Shown here: piece after piece, positions 27,248 through 35,468 of the stretch
Layout of the letters: each line of letters starts with the position of its first letter
How positions within the stretch are numbered: the stretch's first letter is position 1
DNA from: a virus
Lineage: Duplodnaviria > Heunggongvirae > Uroviricota > Caudoviricetes
IMG/VR virus record: IMGVR_UViG_3300005544_000021
Length of the DNA stretch: 64,000 nt
Direction: 5' to 3' (one strand)
Translations under genes and position numbers: made by a program
Notes under the pieces: model-generated
Database searches by the model: none
What the model was told of the DNA's origin: nothing
The model's input: only the letters and a program-made list of their open reading frames with translations

Positions 27248-27452
27248 CTTTATGTTTCACCTTAATTAACTTCATAATATCCGCACAATTTTTACAGATT
27301 CTCATTTCATGGAGCTTGTTTTTTCCACAGTCTTCCGCCAGATAAACAATAGTGTCCTTAAAACGCCGAAACGATGAACTACCACAAACCCCACATAAAT
27401 GAGCTTTCAAGCCGAGAAGTTTGTATAACCAATCTAGAAATCTATGTAACAT
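27231..27452 (-). CDS. zinc-ribbon small protein
   Basis: CGVCG ... CKNC paired CxxC. Confidence 0.3.
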   Translation of the reverse strand: MLHRFLDWLYKLLGLKAHLCGVCGSSSFRRFKDTIVYLAEDCGKNKLHEMRICKNCADIMKLIKVKHKDVNRG

Positions 27453-27918
27453 TCATACCACTTCTAAATCTTTCTATAGCAAGTTTTGCTTCAATAAGAG
27501 TAAGAAATCTTCCTAGATACACTTGTTTTTTATTTTTGTATAAGCGAACAACAAATTTCATATTTTCACTATAAGTAATACCTCGTTCTAGATTAGCTTT
27601 CCCTTTATAATTTTGATTGCTCCTATTTAGAGACTTTGTACACTCTCTTAAATTATCCCATCTATCGTCGTCTCGTATTCTGTTTTCATGATCAATTTCT
27701 GGATCAGGCCATCTTCCTTTCATATAAAAAAATGCAAGTCTACCGCTAAGATATATTATATTATCTATTTTAATCGTTCTATAACCATCTTTTCTAACCG
27801 TTCCTGCTCTTTTACCGATTAGTTTATTACGCCACATATTAACTTTCCATATGAAGTGTCCTGTAAGTGGTTCGTATTCTAAAACTTCAAATAATCTTTC
27901 TGTTGTAATCATTTCCAT
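27442..27918 (-). mobile_element. free-standing HNH homing endonuclease gene (HNH plus AP2-like domain)
   Basis: YRTIKIDNIIYLSGRLAFFYMKGRWP...IDHENRIRDDDRWDNLRE (HNH motif), C-terminal GITYSENMKFVVRLYKNKKQVYLGRF (AP2-like); inserted between gp44 and gp62. Confidence 0.6.
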
Positions 27919-28850
27919 TCATTATCTAATTGGATCATCATTTCTACTAAACATGCGGATTTGTTAATCTCTTGATTGACACTGAATGAACTTTCATATT
28001 GATACTTAGCTAAAATCAATATCGCATTTGCGAAACCAATTTTGCTAAGATAAGTAGGTAGATGTTCAAAAAGCTTAGTATAAAAATCATTCACATCTAG
28101 GTCTGAATGTTGAGCGATCCAGGATCGCACCTTAGTAAAATTCTTCTCCTTTAAACTAGTCATCAAATCTTTAAGAACAATTTCCTGAAAATTAGTTAAA
28201 ATACCCGAATCAATTCTACCAGTTGCTGAATATCTTTGTAACTCATTAATAATACGTCGGCAATCAGGAAACCATTTCTGAACTAATTGAGCTATTACAT
28301 CTTCTTCATATTTAATCTTTTCTAGGTTAAGAATTTCAATACATCGCTTGAAAATTTTAGCGGCTAGTTTTGGTTTCTCAGAATTCTGGAACTTAAAATC
28401 AACAACCGTCACCCGAGAATGCAGAGGCTCTATAAGCTTATGAAGATAGTTTACTGTAAACAAAAATCCACAATTTTTTGAGAATGACTCCAGAAAGTTT
28501 CTCAAGGCTGGCTGAAATGAATTAGGATTTAGATAATCAGCTTCATCAAGAATTACATATTTGCGAGTTCCATAAAACGACATAGAGCTTGCATATTCAG
28601 CAATTTTGGTTCTTAGGGTGTCAATATTCCGATCCAAGGATGCATTAATCATAATATAATCACAACCAACCTCTTCTACCATAGCTTTGGCCACACTAGT
28701 TTTGCCAACTCCTGGAGGACCAGTTAGGATAAGATTTGGTATTTGTTTGTTATTAACGAAAGCCTGAAATGTTGTTTTTAGGTCTTGAGGAAGAATACAA
28801 TCCTTAATCTTTTTTGGTCTATAACGCTCAACCCAAAGCAATTCATTCAT
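27909..28850 (-). CDS. 44: clamp loader AAA+ ATPase (T4 gp44 homolog)
   Basis: Walker A LTGPPGVGKTS, Walker B YVILDEADYL, RFC-like architecture. Confidence 0.85.
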   Translation of the reverse strand: MNELLWVERYRPKKIKDCILPQDLKTTFQAFVNNKQIPNLILTGPPGVGKTSVAKAMVEEVGCDYIMINASLDRNIDTLRTKIAEYASSMSFYGTRKYVILDEADYLNPNSFQPALRNFLESFSKNCGFLFTVNYLHKLIEPLHSRVTVVDFKFQNSEKPKLAAKIFKRCIEILNLEKIKYEEDVIAQLVQKWFPDCRRIINELQRYSATGRIDSGILTNFQEIVLKDLMTSLKEKNFTKVRSWIAQHSDLDVNDFYTKLFEHLPTYLSKIGFANAILILAKYQYESSFSVNQEINKSACLVEMMIQLDNEWK

Positions 28851-29097
28851 CTTTTACCACTTCATACCAATGTAAGTTATCCAAACTTAAAATATCTTTC
28901 TCATCTAATACCCCTTTTTCATATAATTTTTGTGTCAATTCCCCTAAAAATTGAATTGCATTTTCTGCTTCCGAGCGTGCCGATTCCGCAATACCACTAT
29001 CATATCCCCTATCACTTAATTCATGTTCAATAACGTGGGCTATTGACATGGGGGAGTTCTTAGCTCCCCATGCTCCAGTTTTATGCCGCAACTTCAT
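28843..29097 (-). CDS. hypothetical protein
   Basis: ORF track 84 aa. Confidence 0.3.
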   Translation of the reverse strand: MKLRHKTGAWGAKNSPMSIAHVIEHELSDRGYDSGIAESARSEAENAIQFLGELTQKLYEKGVLDEKDILSLDNLHWYEVVKDE

Positions 29098-29458
29098 TTT
29101 TTCTCTCTTTCGTTCCCCAACTACCTATTCCCCGATCTTCAATTAAGCCAATATTCACATAATTTTGCCGAACCCCTTCTAAAGATACTCCTTCTATAAT
29201 TGGAGTGGCAAACTCCCGATTAATTTCTCCAGTATTAGATAGCTCCTTAATCACATAACGAATTCTTCCATCTTTGATAATAGACTTATCCAGAATCAAC
29301 TCCATGTAGGGTTCAATATGATTATTATTTCCAAAACGCACGACAATAGTATCTCCATGATAATCTTCAAGCAAACGCTCAAGGTCTATATTCACCACAC
29401 TCATTACTTCCCTCCAACTGTGTGCATACAGTAGAGCCACGAATGACTCTGACGACAT
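29081..29458 (-). CDS. hypothetical protein
   Basis: ORF track 125 aa. Confidence 0.3.
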   Translation of the reverse strand: MSSESFVALLYAHSWREVMSVVNIDLERLLEDYHGDTIVVRFGNNNHIEPYMELILDKSIIKDGRIRYVIKELSNTGEINREFATPIIEGVSLEGVRQNYVNIGLIEDRGIGSWGTKERKNEVAA

Positions 29459-29543
29459 TCATTCCAGATAGACCATCTTAAGGCACATGAACCAAGAACT
29501 AAAACAATGATTACTAAAACAACGCCGATTGTAGTCAAAAAAT

Positions 29544-29828
29544 TCATTTATTTTCTCCCAAAAGTCCAGCAATCTTCCGAGCTTTTTCATAAGCCTCATC
29601 TAACATTCTAATGGCACTTTCAACTGAAACAGCATCTTCCATAAAGAGTTGAGCCCGAACACTTAATCCATTATTCATATAATCTCTTAATAAAAAATCA
29701 ACAACTTGTCCTAGAGGAGAATCATCATAATCATAATATGATGGAACACTAGTTCTAACAACAGAAGTAGTGGTTTTCTCATATTCAAGTACTATCATTT
29801 TTAAATTCCCGGAGGCAGAAACAAACAA
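29544..29828 (-). CDS. hypothetical protein
   Basis: ORF track 94 aa. Confidence 0.3.
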   Translation of the reverse strand: MFVSASGNLKMIVLEYEKTTTSVVRTSVPSYYDYDDSPLGQVVDFLLRDYMNNGLSVRAQLFMEDAVSVESAIRMLDEAYEKARKIAGLLGENK

Positions 29829-30151
29829 ATCAGTTGCCCATTAAATCCAATGCAAGCATGTAGTTTATTATCGGGGGAAGGTTTAACTTTTTGAAAATTG
29901 TGTGGAACTGGAGCCGACACCATTGTCCCCCCTCTATTAATGGTTACAATCATCTCAGGTAAAGAGCCATCCTTTGGCTCTGTTCTAGATGTACTAATAA
30001 CTTCTCCACAATCCATATTACTACAACATTCTAAGGGATATTGCCATCCTGACGGTGCGTCATGGGCATATGCAACTAATATCATAGATAAAATCAAACA
30101 GAATAATAAACCTAAAAATAAACTAGCTCTTTTCATTATCCACATCCTCAT
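29801..30151 (-). CDS. secreted Cys-containing small protein
   Basis: Signal peptide MKRASLFLGLLFCLILSMILVAYA; six Cys. Confidence 0.35.
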   Translation of the reverse strand: MRMWIMKRASLFLGLLFCLILSMILVAYAHDAPSGWQYPLECCSNMDCGEVISTSRTEPKDGSLPEMIVTINRGGTMVSAPVPHNFQKVKPSPDNKLHACIGFNGQLICLFLPPGI

Positions 30152-30341
30152 CTGGAAAAACTAATACCCAATCATTAGAAAACAAGTCATTTGTATAAAG
30201 TTGGAACGTTCCTCCATCTTTTGTCATAAAGAAGGGAGGATTATAATAAATATAAGTAGGTAAATTCCCCCAAGCTTCTCTGGTGACTTTTCCTCCTTCT
30301 TTCAGATGCAGCAAAGCTGTTTCAAAAGGAAGTTGGCTCAT
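30123..30341 (-). CDS. DUF2829-like protein (Tad2 anti-Thoeris family candidate)
   Basis: FETALLHLKEGGKVTREAWGN...YIYY and C-terminal DLFSNDWVLV match the DUF2829 pattern (F.EAL.ALK.GKKV.R.GW...I...DG...DWEVV). Confidence 0.45.
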   Translation of the reverse strand: MSQLPFETALLHLKEGGKVTREAWGNLPTYIYYNPPFFMTKDGGTFQLYTNDLFSNDWVLVFPDEDVDNEKS

Positions 30342-30592
30342 TTTTTCTGTTCCTTGATTGAAGAGAAACTATTCTTATTCCTATCTCGTTTTCTTTTTTC
30401 TACCAACCATTTTTCATCAAATGGCGGATCATAAACATTAACTACTTCCCACCATCCATCTTCTCCTTTTAATTCTACAGCAGCTCCTACTTTAGCTCCA
30501 TAGTCAGGTATCCAAGCCTTTAATTGTTCTCCTGAATGACCAGAACCTCTTCCCTCATTTAATCGGCATAAGTAACACTGATAATATTTCAT
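30338..30592 (-). CDS. hypothetical protein
   Basis: ORF track 84 aa. Confidence 0.3.
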   Translation of the reverse strand: MKYYQCYLCRLNEGRGSGHSGEQLKAWIPDYGAKVGAAVELKGEDGWWEVVNVYDPPFDEKWLVEKRKRDRNKNSFSSIKEQKK

Positions 30593-31263
30593 AGTTTGGT
30601 AAAGTCTGATTTCTTTTCAACTGCCAGCCAATAATCTACATATTCTCCTTTCCAATGACTAATTCCCTTGGATGAAACTGTGACTTGATAATCCAGGGGA
30701 AGAAACTTTAGATAATCAACCTTGAAAACTACCAAAAATTCCTTTGTCGTTTCTCCAATTTCAACACTATATAAATCTACATTCTTATTTGTTTCCTTGT
30801 CGTCGGCGGAAAATGCTTGAATGTAAATCTTTTCTCCATCCCCAACAATCGCAATTTCTGAAACCCCCAGAATACTGCACGCATTTTGTGTTGACTTCAG
30901 AACCGCATAGCTAATGGAGCATCGCACATCCATGCTGGGCACCTTGGGTTCTTTGTCTGAGGCTGACAAGATAGTCTCGGGATCAGCGTATGTATAGTGA
31001 ATTTTTTGCTTGTCCGACGCAATTTTTACTTGATCTTTCCCGAACGTCAATTCAGGTTCCTTGAATAAGGAAAGAGCCCCCAGAAATCTAGATAAGTCAT
31101 AAATGGCAAATGATTTATCAAAGGCTTGATCCAATTTAGCTCGGGCCATAATAGTTTTAGAAGAAGAAACTGTTGCCAGATATACTCCTTCCCGAAATAA
31201 AATAGAAGGGTTGATTGTAGAAAAGGATTTCAAAACATTCATGGTCTGTTGAGTAAGTTTCAT
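30589..31263 (-). CDS. 45: sliding clamp (T4 gp45 homolog)
   Basis: MKLTQQTMNVLKSFSTIN...AIYDLSRFLGALSLF parallels T4 gp45 (MKLSKDTTALLKNFATIN...AIYDLNGFLGILSLV). Confidence 0.8.
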   Translation of the reverse strand: MKLTQQTMNVLKSFSTINPSILFREGVYLATVSSSKTIMARAKLDQAFDKSFAIYDLSRFLGALSLFKEPELTFGKDQVKIASDKQKIHYTYADPETILSASDKEPKVPSMDVRCSISYAVLKSTQNACSILGVSEIAIVGDGEKIYIQAFSADDKETNKNVDLYSVEIGETTKEFLVVFKVDYLKFLPLDYQVTVSSKGISHWKGEYVDYWLAVEKKSDFTKL

Positions 31264-31451
31264 TCATGCTCCTTTGTATATTGATACAATAACGAAATAA
31301 CTATACCACTAATCACAAAACTTATCAAACCTATTCCTATCGCTCCTCCTACGGCTACATTATAAAACCAACCTGCTATTAACCCTGACCCTAAAGCACA
31401 TAAAATTGCCAGAAAGAAAATAGCCGAGCCAATATCAGACTTTTGATTCAT
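31260..31451 (-). CDS. small two-helix membrane protein
   Basis: Hydrophobic, 63 aa. Confidence 0.3.
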   Translation of the reverse strand: MNQKSDIGSAIFFLAILCALGSGLIAGWFYNVAVGGAIGIGLISFVISGIVISLLYQYTKEHE

Positions 31452-32397
31452 CTTTTGGTTGCCATTCTAAAAGTTTAGCCCCAGGATTTTCTTTAATAGG
31501 CTCTGGTTCAACAGGTTTAAGGGCGATAGGTTTAGGTTCCTCCATTTTCTTCTTATGCTTCAGTTCATCTGGATTAGCTGTCGCACTCGCCCCAATAGAC
31601 GCCAAGTCCGCCAATGAACCCCCGAACACAAACGTTCCAACATGACTCAATTGCATCCAGGGACACAACCAAATTCTACCCCCCACTGCATTTATTTGCT
31701 GGCAAAAAAGATAATCTTCCGACAAATATCTTTTTGTTTTTGGATCAATCTCCGCATTAAAATACATCATAATTTCTCGGGAACCATCAAATGCCTCGGT
31801 TCGCACGTGATCAGGCTTATAATATTTCTCGGGATATGCCTTTTTATACATTTCCAGAGTTTTCTTTTTCATCATCATAAAACCTGTGCCAGTTTCTAAA
31901 ACTTCCGCAGGTTCAGAAATAGCAATCTGTGTCTGGTTAGCCTTTGGGTTAAAAACAAAATCCCCAACATACTTGTCTAGATTATTAGGGTTTTCGTCCG
32001 CCATTCCCTTGTCAACAGCTCTTTTAATCTTTTCCCAGCTAATACATTTTTTAGGGTATGGTGCCCCAAGGATATCATAGGGTGAATCATCAGACATCAT
32101 AGCCAACATAGCCAGCACATCATTAGGATTAAATCCAATGTCCGAATCAATAAACATCATATGAGTTGAAGGGGAACGATCAAATTCATCCATGATATAA
32201 TTTCTGGCTCGGGTAATCAGACTTTCATTCATTAAGAAATACATCTGTAAACCAACCCCATAATGCTGACACATTGCTGCCAAATCAGCAATAGAGCGGG
32301 CAAATAATGCCGCACAAGCTCCGCCGTAGCACGGAAGGCCGAGAAATAATTTTCTGGTTTTTAATTCATCTCCACTAATACGAATTTCCAAGTTCAA
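31435..32397 (-). CDS. putative glycosyltransferase (GT-A fold, DxD motif)
   Basis: LGLPCYGG ... MMFIDSDIGFNP DxD-type motif; Pro/Glu/Lys-rich C-terminal tail. Confidence 0.4.
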   Translation of the reverse strand: MNLEIRISGDELKTRKLFLGLPCYGGACAALFARSIADLAAMCQHYGVGLQMYFLMNESLITRARNYIMDEFDRSPSTHMMFIDSDIGFNPNDVLAMLAMMSDDSPYDILGAPYPKKCISWEKIKRAVDKGMADENPNNLDKYVGDFVFNPKANQTQIAISEPAEVLETGTGFMMMKKKTLEMYKKAYPEKYYKPDHVRTEAFDGSREIMMYFNAEIDPKTKRYLSEDYLFCQQINAVGGRIWLCPWMQLSHVGTFVFGGSLADLASIGASATANPDELKHKKKMEEPKPIALKPVEPEPIKENPGAKLLEWQPKDESKV

Positions 32398-32591
32398 TAT
32401 ACTCCTTTTTTAGTATCAACTTCAACTTCCTCTATTACATAAGAAGGATTATCTCTAATTTGATGAAGTCTGGTTCTAGCCGCTTCTTCGGATTCAAAAA
32501 AAGCAAATGCTTCCCATTGCTCCGATACTAATCCTTTTTTACATAACTCATATCTTCCATTTTCCGCATTATAGCGTGCCCGATATTTCAA
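32394..32591 (-). CDS. small protein, tandem paralog a
   Basis: MKYRARYNAENGRYEL...; similar to adjacent 32588..32803. Confidence 0.35.
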   Translation of the reverse strand: MKYRARYNAENGRYELCKKGLVSEQWEAFAFFESEEAARTRLHQIRDNPSYVIEEVEVDTKKGVY

Positions 32592-32803
32592 AAATTATAT
32601 TCCTTTATAATCTTAGATGGTTTCTTTTTCATGCGATTAATTTTGTAGGTAGCTTGCTTTTGAGTATCGTGAGAAGAAACAAGATTCCATTCTATTTTGT
32701 TATAGCCTCCAGTCATGCCAAATTTTTCCAATGGACTATATTCTTCTTCCTCCCAAACTTCATATTTTTCATTATGTGAATTATATCTAAGTTGATATTT
32801 CAT
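32588..32803 (-). CDS. small protein, tandem paralog b
   Basis: MKYQLRYNSHNEKYEV... Confidence 0.35.
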   Translation of the reverse strand: MKYQLRYNSHNEKYEVWEEEEYSPLEKFGMTGGYNKIEWNLVSSHDTQKQATYKINRMKKKPSKIIKEYNF

Positions 32804-33162
32804 CCAAATTTCTTCCTTAATCTTTCATAATCTTTTAATTCTTGTTGTTTTCGTTTTTCTTTTAAAGCTCTTTCATACTCTAACATTCTATCAATACGAA
32901 CATCAACCTCTGCATCTGTTTCGGGAACTGAGTATTCAAGGGACAGTATCGTACTTCTTTCTTCATAATTATCATAGTGCATATTTAATATAGCTTTATT
33001 TTTATATTCCTCTGGAATTTTTTCCAAATATTCTTGAAGAACACTTATAGCAGTTATCAAGTCACATCCATCCAACACCCCAATAATATCAGGACAAAAT
33101 GTTTTTAATTTATGTTCTCTCCATTTTTCTCGCAATTTTGTTCTTGTTTTATTTCTAATCAT
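32800..33162 (-). CDS. hypothetical protein
   Basis: ORF track 120 aa. Confidence 0.3.
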   Translation of the reverse strand: MIRNKTRTKLREKWREHKLKTFCPDIIGVLDGCDLITAISVLQEYLEKIPEEYKNKAILNMHYDNYEERSTILSLEYSVPETDAEVDVRIDRMLEYERALKEKRKQQELKDYERLRKKFG

Positions 33163-33572
33163 TTTTTAGAATGAAGCTCAGTGTTGTAATACAATAACAT
33201 TAAACAATAGTGCATAGCTTTGAGAATATCTTTTCTATTGTGACCACCTTTTTTTCCATAACGATAAAGATATTTAATTGCAGTATTTCTATGTGTTGGG
33301 GAAGGATCGCCATCCAATGCTTTCCAAAGATCAAAAGCCTGAACGTTGTCTTCTTGATTTGAATAATGTTCCGAGTATGTTTGTCTGATATACTCAGCAA
33401 ATTCGGCTATATTTATGTCTTCCTTATATTTGTATTTTGGGATTGTATTTGCACCGAATTGAAAAGTTCCACTAGTTCCATCCCTAATCGTTATTGTCTC
33501 AATACATTTTCCAGCGATGCTTTTTTTAAACTCTTCGGGAACTTGGTCATAGTAATCAGGCTTATATGCCAA
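33159..33572 (-). CDS. DUF3310-like phage protein
   Basis: C-terminal NTAIKYLYRYGKKGGHNRKDILKAMHYCLMLLY resembles the DUF3310 signature (GNAIKYI.R.G.K...EDL.KA..YL). Confidence 0.4.
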   Translation of the reverse strand: MAYKPDYYDQVPEEFKKSIAGKCIETITIRDGTSGTFQFGANTIPKYKYKEDINIAEFAEYIRQTYSEHYSNQEDNVQAFDLWKALDGDPSPTHRNTAIKYLYRYGKKGGHNRKDILKAMHYCLMLLYYNTELHSKK

Positions 33573-33574
33573 AA

Positions 33575-34069
33575 TTATCTCCTTCGCTTCTTTGCTTTTT
33601 TACGTAACATCTCAAGTTGTAGTCTGGATAAATTATCCCAAATAACCTTTCCTTGTAAATGATCAAATTCATGTAAAAAGAAACGAGCTGTCATATCATT
33701 CCAAATTTGGGTCTGAACTTCCCCAGTTGGAAGGGCGAATCTAACCTTGATTGTTCGGGGTCTTTTTACCTTTATAATAAGTCCGGGAAAACTTAAACAT
33801 CCCTCTTCAAGTTCTATTTCCTCGGAAGAATGATCAACCAGAATTGGATTAAAACAGGAATATACTGGATTAGTATTCATCACAAAAACATTATAACGCA
33901 GCCCACACTGAGGAGCCGCAAGTCCAACCCCCCCAAAATGAAACATTGTATCAGCCAAATTACGGGAAAGCTCCACCGAATCCATCGGGGGATTATTGAA
34001 ATCCCACTTCGGCATTTTTTCCCGAAGTATTGGATCGTAGTTAGGTACGAGCTTTAAAATCATCCTCAA
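33575..34069 (-). CDS. def: peptide deformylase
   Basis: All three PDF motifs: GVGLAAPQ, EGCLS, HEFDHLQG. Confidence 0.85.
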   Translation of the reverse strand: MRMILKLVPNYDPILREKMPKWDFNNPPMDSVELSRNLADTMFHFGGVGLAAPQCGLRYNVFVMNTNPVYSCFNPILVDHSSEEIELEEGCLSFPGLIIKVKRPRTIKVRFALPTGEVQTQIWNDMTARFFLHEFDHLQGKVIWDNLSRLQLEMLRKKAKKRRR

Positions 34070-34232
34070 ACCTCGTTAGGGACACGTCATAGTCATATAC
34101 TCCACTGTCTGATAAAGCATTTATGATAATCTGTTTAACTTCCTCACAGCCAGTTTTATTATACCTTTCTAATTCTTCCCAAAATTCATCATGACCTTCG
34201 TGAAGGGTAACGATAAAAGTGTATTTTTTCAT
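34041..34232 (-). CDS. hypothetical protein
   Basis: ORF track 63 aa. Confidence 0.25.
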   Translation of the reverse strand: MKKYTFIVTLHEGHDEFWEELERYNKTGCEEVKQIIINALSDSGVYDYDVSLTRFEDDFKART

Positions 34233-34441
34233 AGCACAATAACTCTTGTTTTTGGATTTTCGTGAGTTTCTTGATTGATAAGGTTTAAGAGAATTGGCTT
34301 ATTTGGAACAATAATATATCCTCTATTTTTTAGATTTTGAATAAACGTTTTTATCATTCTATCATTCAAATAATATATATTACCCTCATCAAGAGTATCA
34401 TTAATAGCCCGTAAAATAGCCTCTCTTTGTACCTTTTTCAT
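34229..34441 (-). CDS. hypothetical protein
   Basis: ORF track 70 aa. Confidence 0.25.
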   Translation of the reverse strand: MKKVQREAILRAINDTLDEGNIYYLNDRMIKTFIQNLKNRGYIIVPNKPILLNLINQETHENPKTRVIVL

Positions 34442-34683
34442 CCCGGAACCTCTAGAATAAAAGCTAGAGCCATTGCGGCAACTTGTTTCGCTTCCTGTTT
34501 AGCATGAGCAATATCATTTTTCTTGATAGCATCCCACATTTCGTCAACTTCCTCTAAAAGTACTCCATACCCCTCGTGTGAACTATGCATCGGCTGATGT
34601 GATTTTCTGGCTCGCAAATATTCATCTAGTATTGAAGTTAAAGTTGCATCCTTAAGATTCATTCTGTTATAATCCTTTTCCAT
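34438..34683 (-). CDS. possible MazG-like all-alpha NTP pyrophosphohydrolase
   Basis: EGYGVLLEEVDEMWDAI acidic EExxE/D-type motif; weak. Confidence 0.25.
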   Translation of the reverse strand: MEKDYNRMNLKDATLTSILDEYLRARKSHQPMHSSHEGYGVLLEEVDEMWDAIKKNDIAHAKQEAKQVAAMALAFILEVPG

Positions 34684-34901
34684 TTTCCATCTACTCTAAT
34701 CCAGAGATGATTATCCTGACCTACTGATATTCCGCATTCATTATCTAACCTTTTAAAAACTATATCTCCATATGGTTGATGAAATGGACCCTTAGGTAAT
34801 TCAATAGGTTCATCTGATTTTCTTGCATGTGCCAAAACTGCTCCCGAACCAACAATTGGAGCTAATCCAAGAAAACGTAGAAAGTTACGACGACTGTTCA
34901 T
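34659..34901 (-). CDS. Tat-signal (twin-arginine) exported protein
   Basis: Internal ATG at 34901 preceded by AAGGAG; MNSRRNFLRFLGLAPIVGSGAVLAHA has the RRxFL twin-arginine consensus plus an AxA site. Confidence 0.45.
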   Translation of the reverse strand: MNSRRNFLRFLGLAPIVGSGAVLAHARKSDEPIELPKGPFHQPYGDIVFKRLDNECGISVGQDNHLWIRVDGKWKRIITE

Positions 34902-35003
34902 TTTCTTCTCCTTGGTAAGTCTATTATCAACGATATCACCAACCCAAACGATATTCCAAGTAATATCATTGAAAAATAAGTGCCCCATACAAAAATTAGC
35001 TCA

Positions 35004-35468
35004 CTACATGTCATCCTTTTTCTCCGGGGTGAAGTTGTAAGTTAGAGACACTACCTCATAAGGTTTCTCTAGTTCCTTCATCGTCTCAATCATATTTTTA
35101 GTACCTGTAGAAATTTTATCCCAAAAAGCCAGCAAATTATTAGCATATTCTCCCATTTGCCGATTTCTAATAGGGCCAGCAGCCTTCCCATGTTTAGACC
35201 ATTCAGCAGGAAAAAACTTAATAGGTATACCCCGATGTGACGCCCAAATTTCTCCAACTCTGTCTACTCCTGTTGCTCGTCCAGAAACCACTTCAGTTAT
35301 AGGATTTTTCTGGTGAAAACCATCAATCTGATCTAATATCCATTGAATTTCAGTATAAAGTAAGGGTCTCTTCGGATATCCTAATGCCGAAACTTGTCTA
35401 CATCCTGCTATTATTGTATACATATCAGGGCACCATATGGCTGAAGTTTTTAACTTTTTTGAATTCAA
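35004..35468 (-). CDS. DUF2493/SLOG-family (DprA/LOG-like Rossmann) protein
   Basis: VVSGRATGVDRVGEIWA and FPAEWSKHGKAAGPIRNRQM match the DUF2493 pattern. Confidence 0.4.
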   Translation of the reverse strand: MNSKKLKTSAIWCPDMYTIIAGCRQVSALGYPKRPLLYTEIQWILDQIDGFHQKNPITEVVSGRATGVDRVGEIWASHRGIPIKFFPAEWSKHGKAAGPIRNRQMGEYANNLLAFWDKISTGTKNMIETMKELEKPYEVVSLTYNFTPEKKDDM

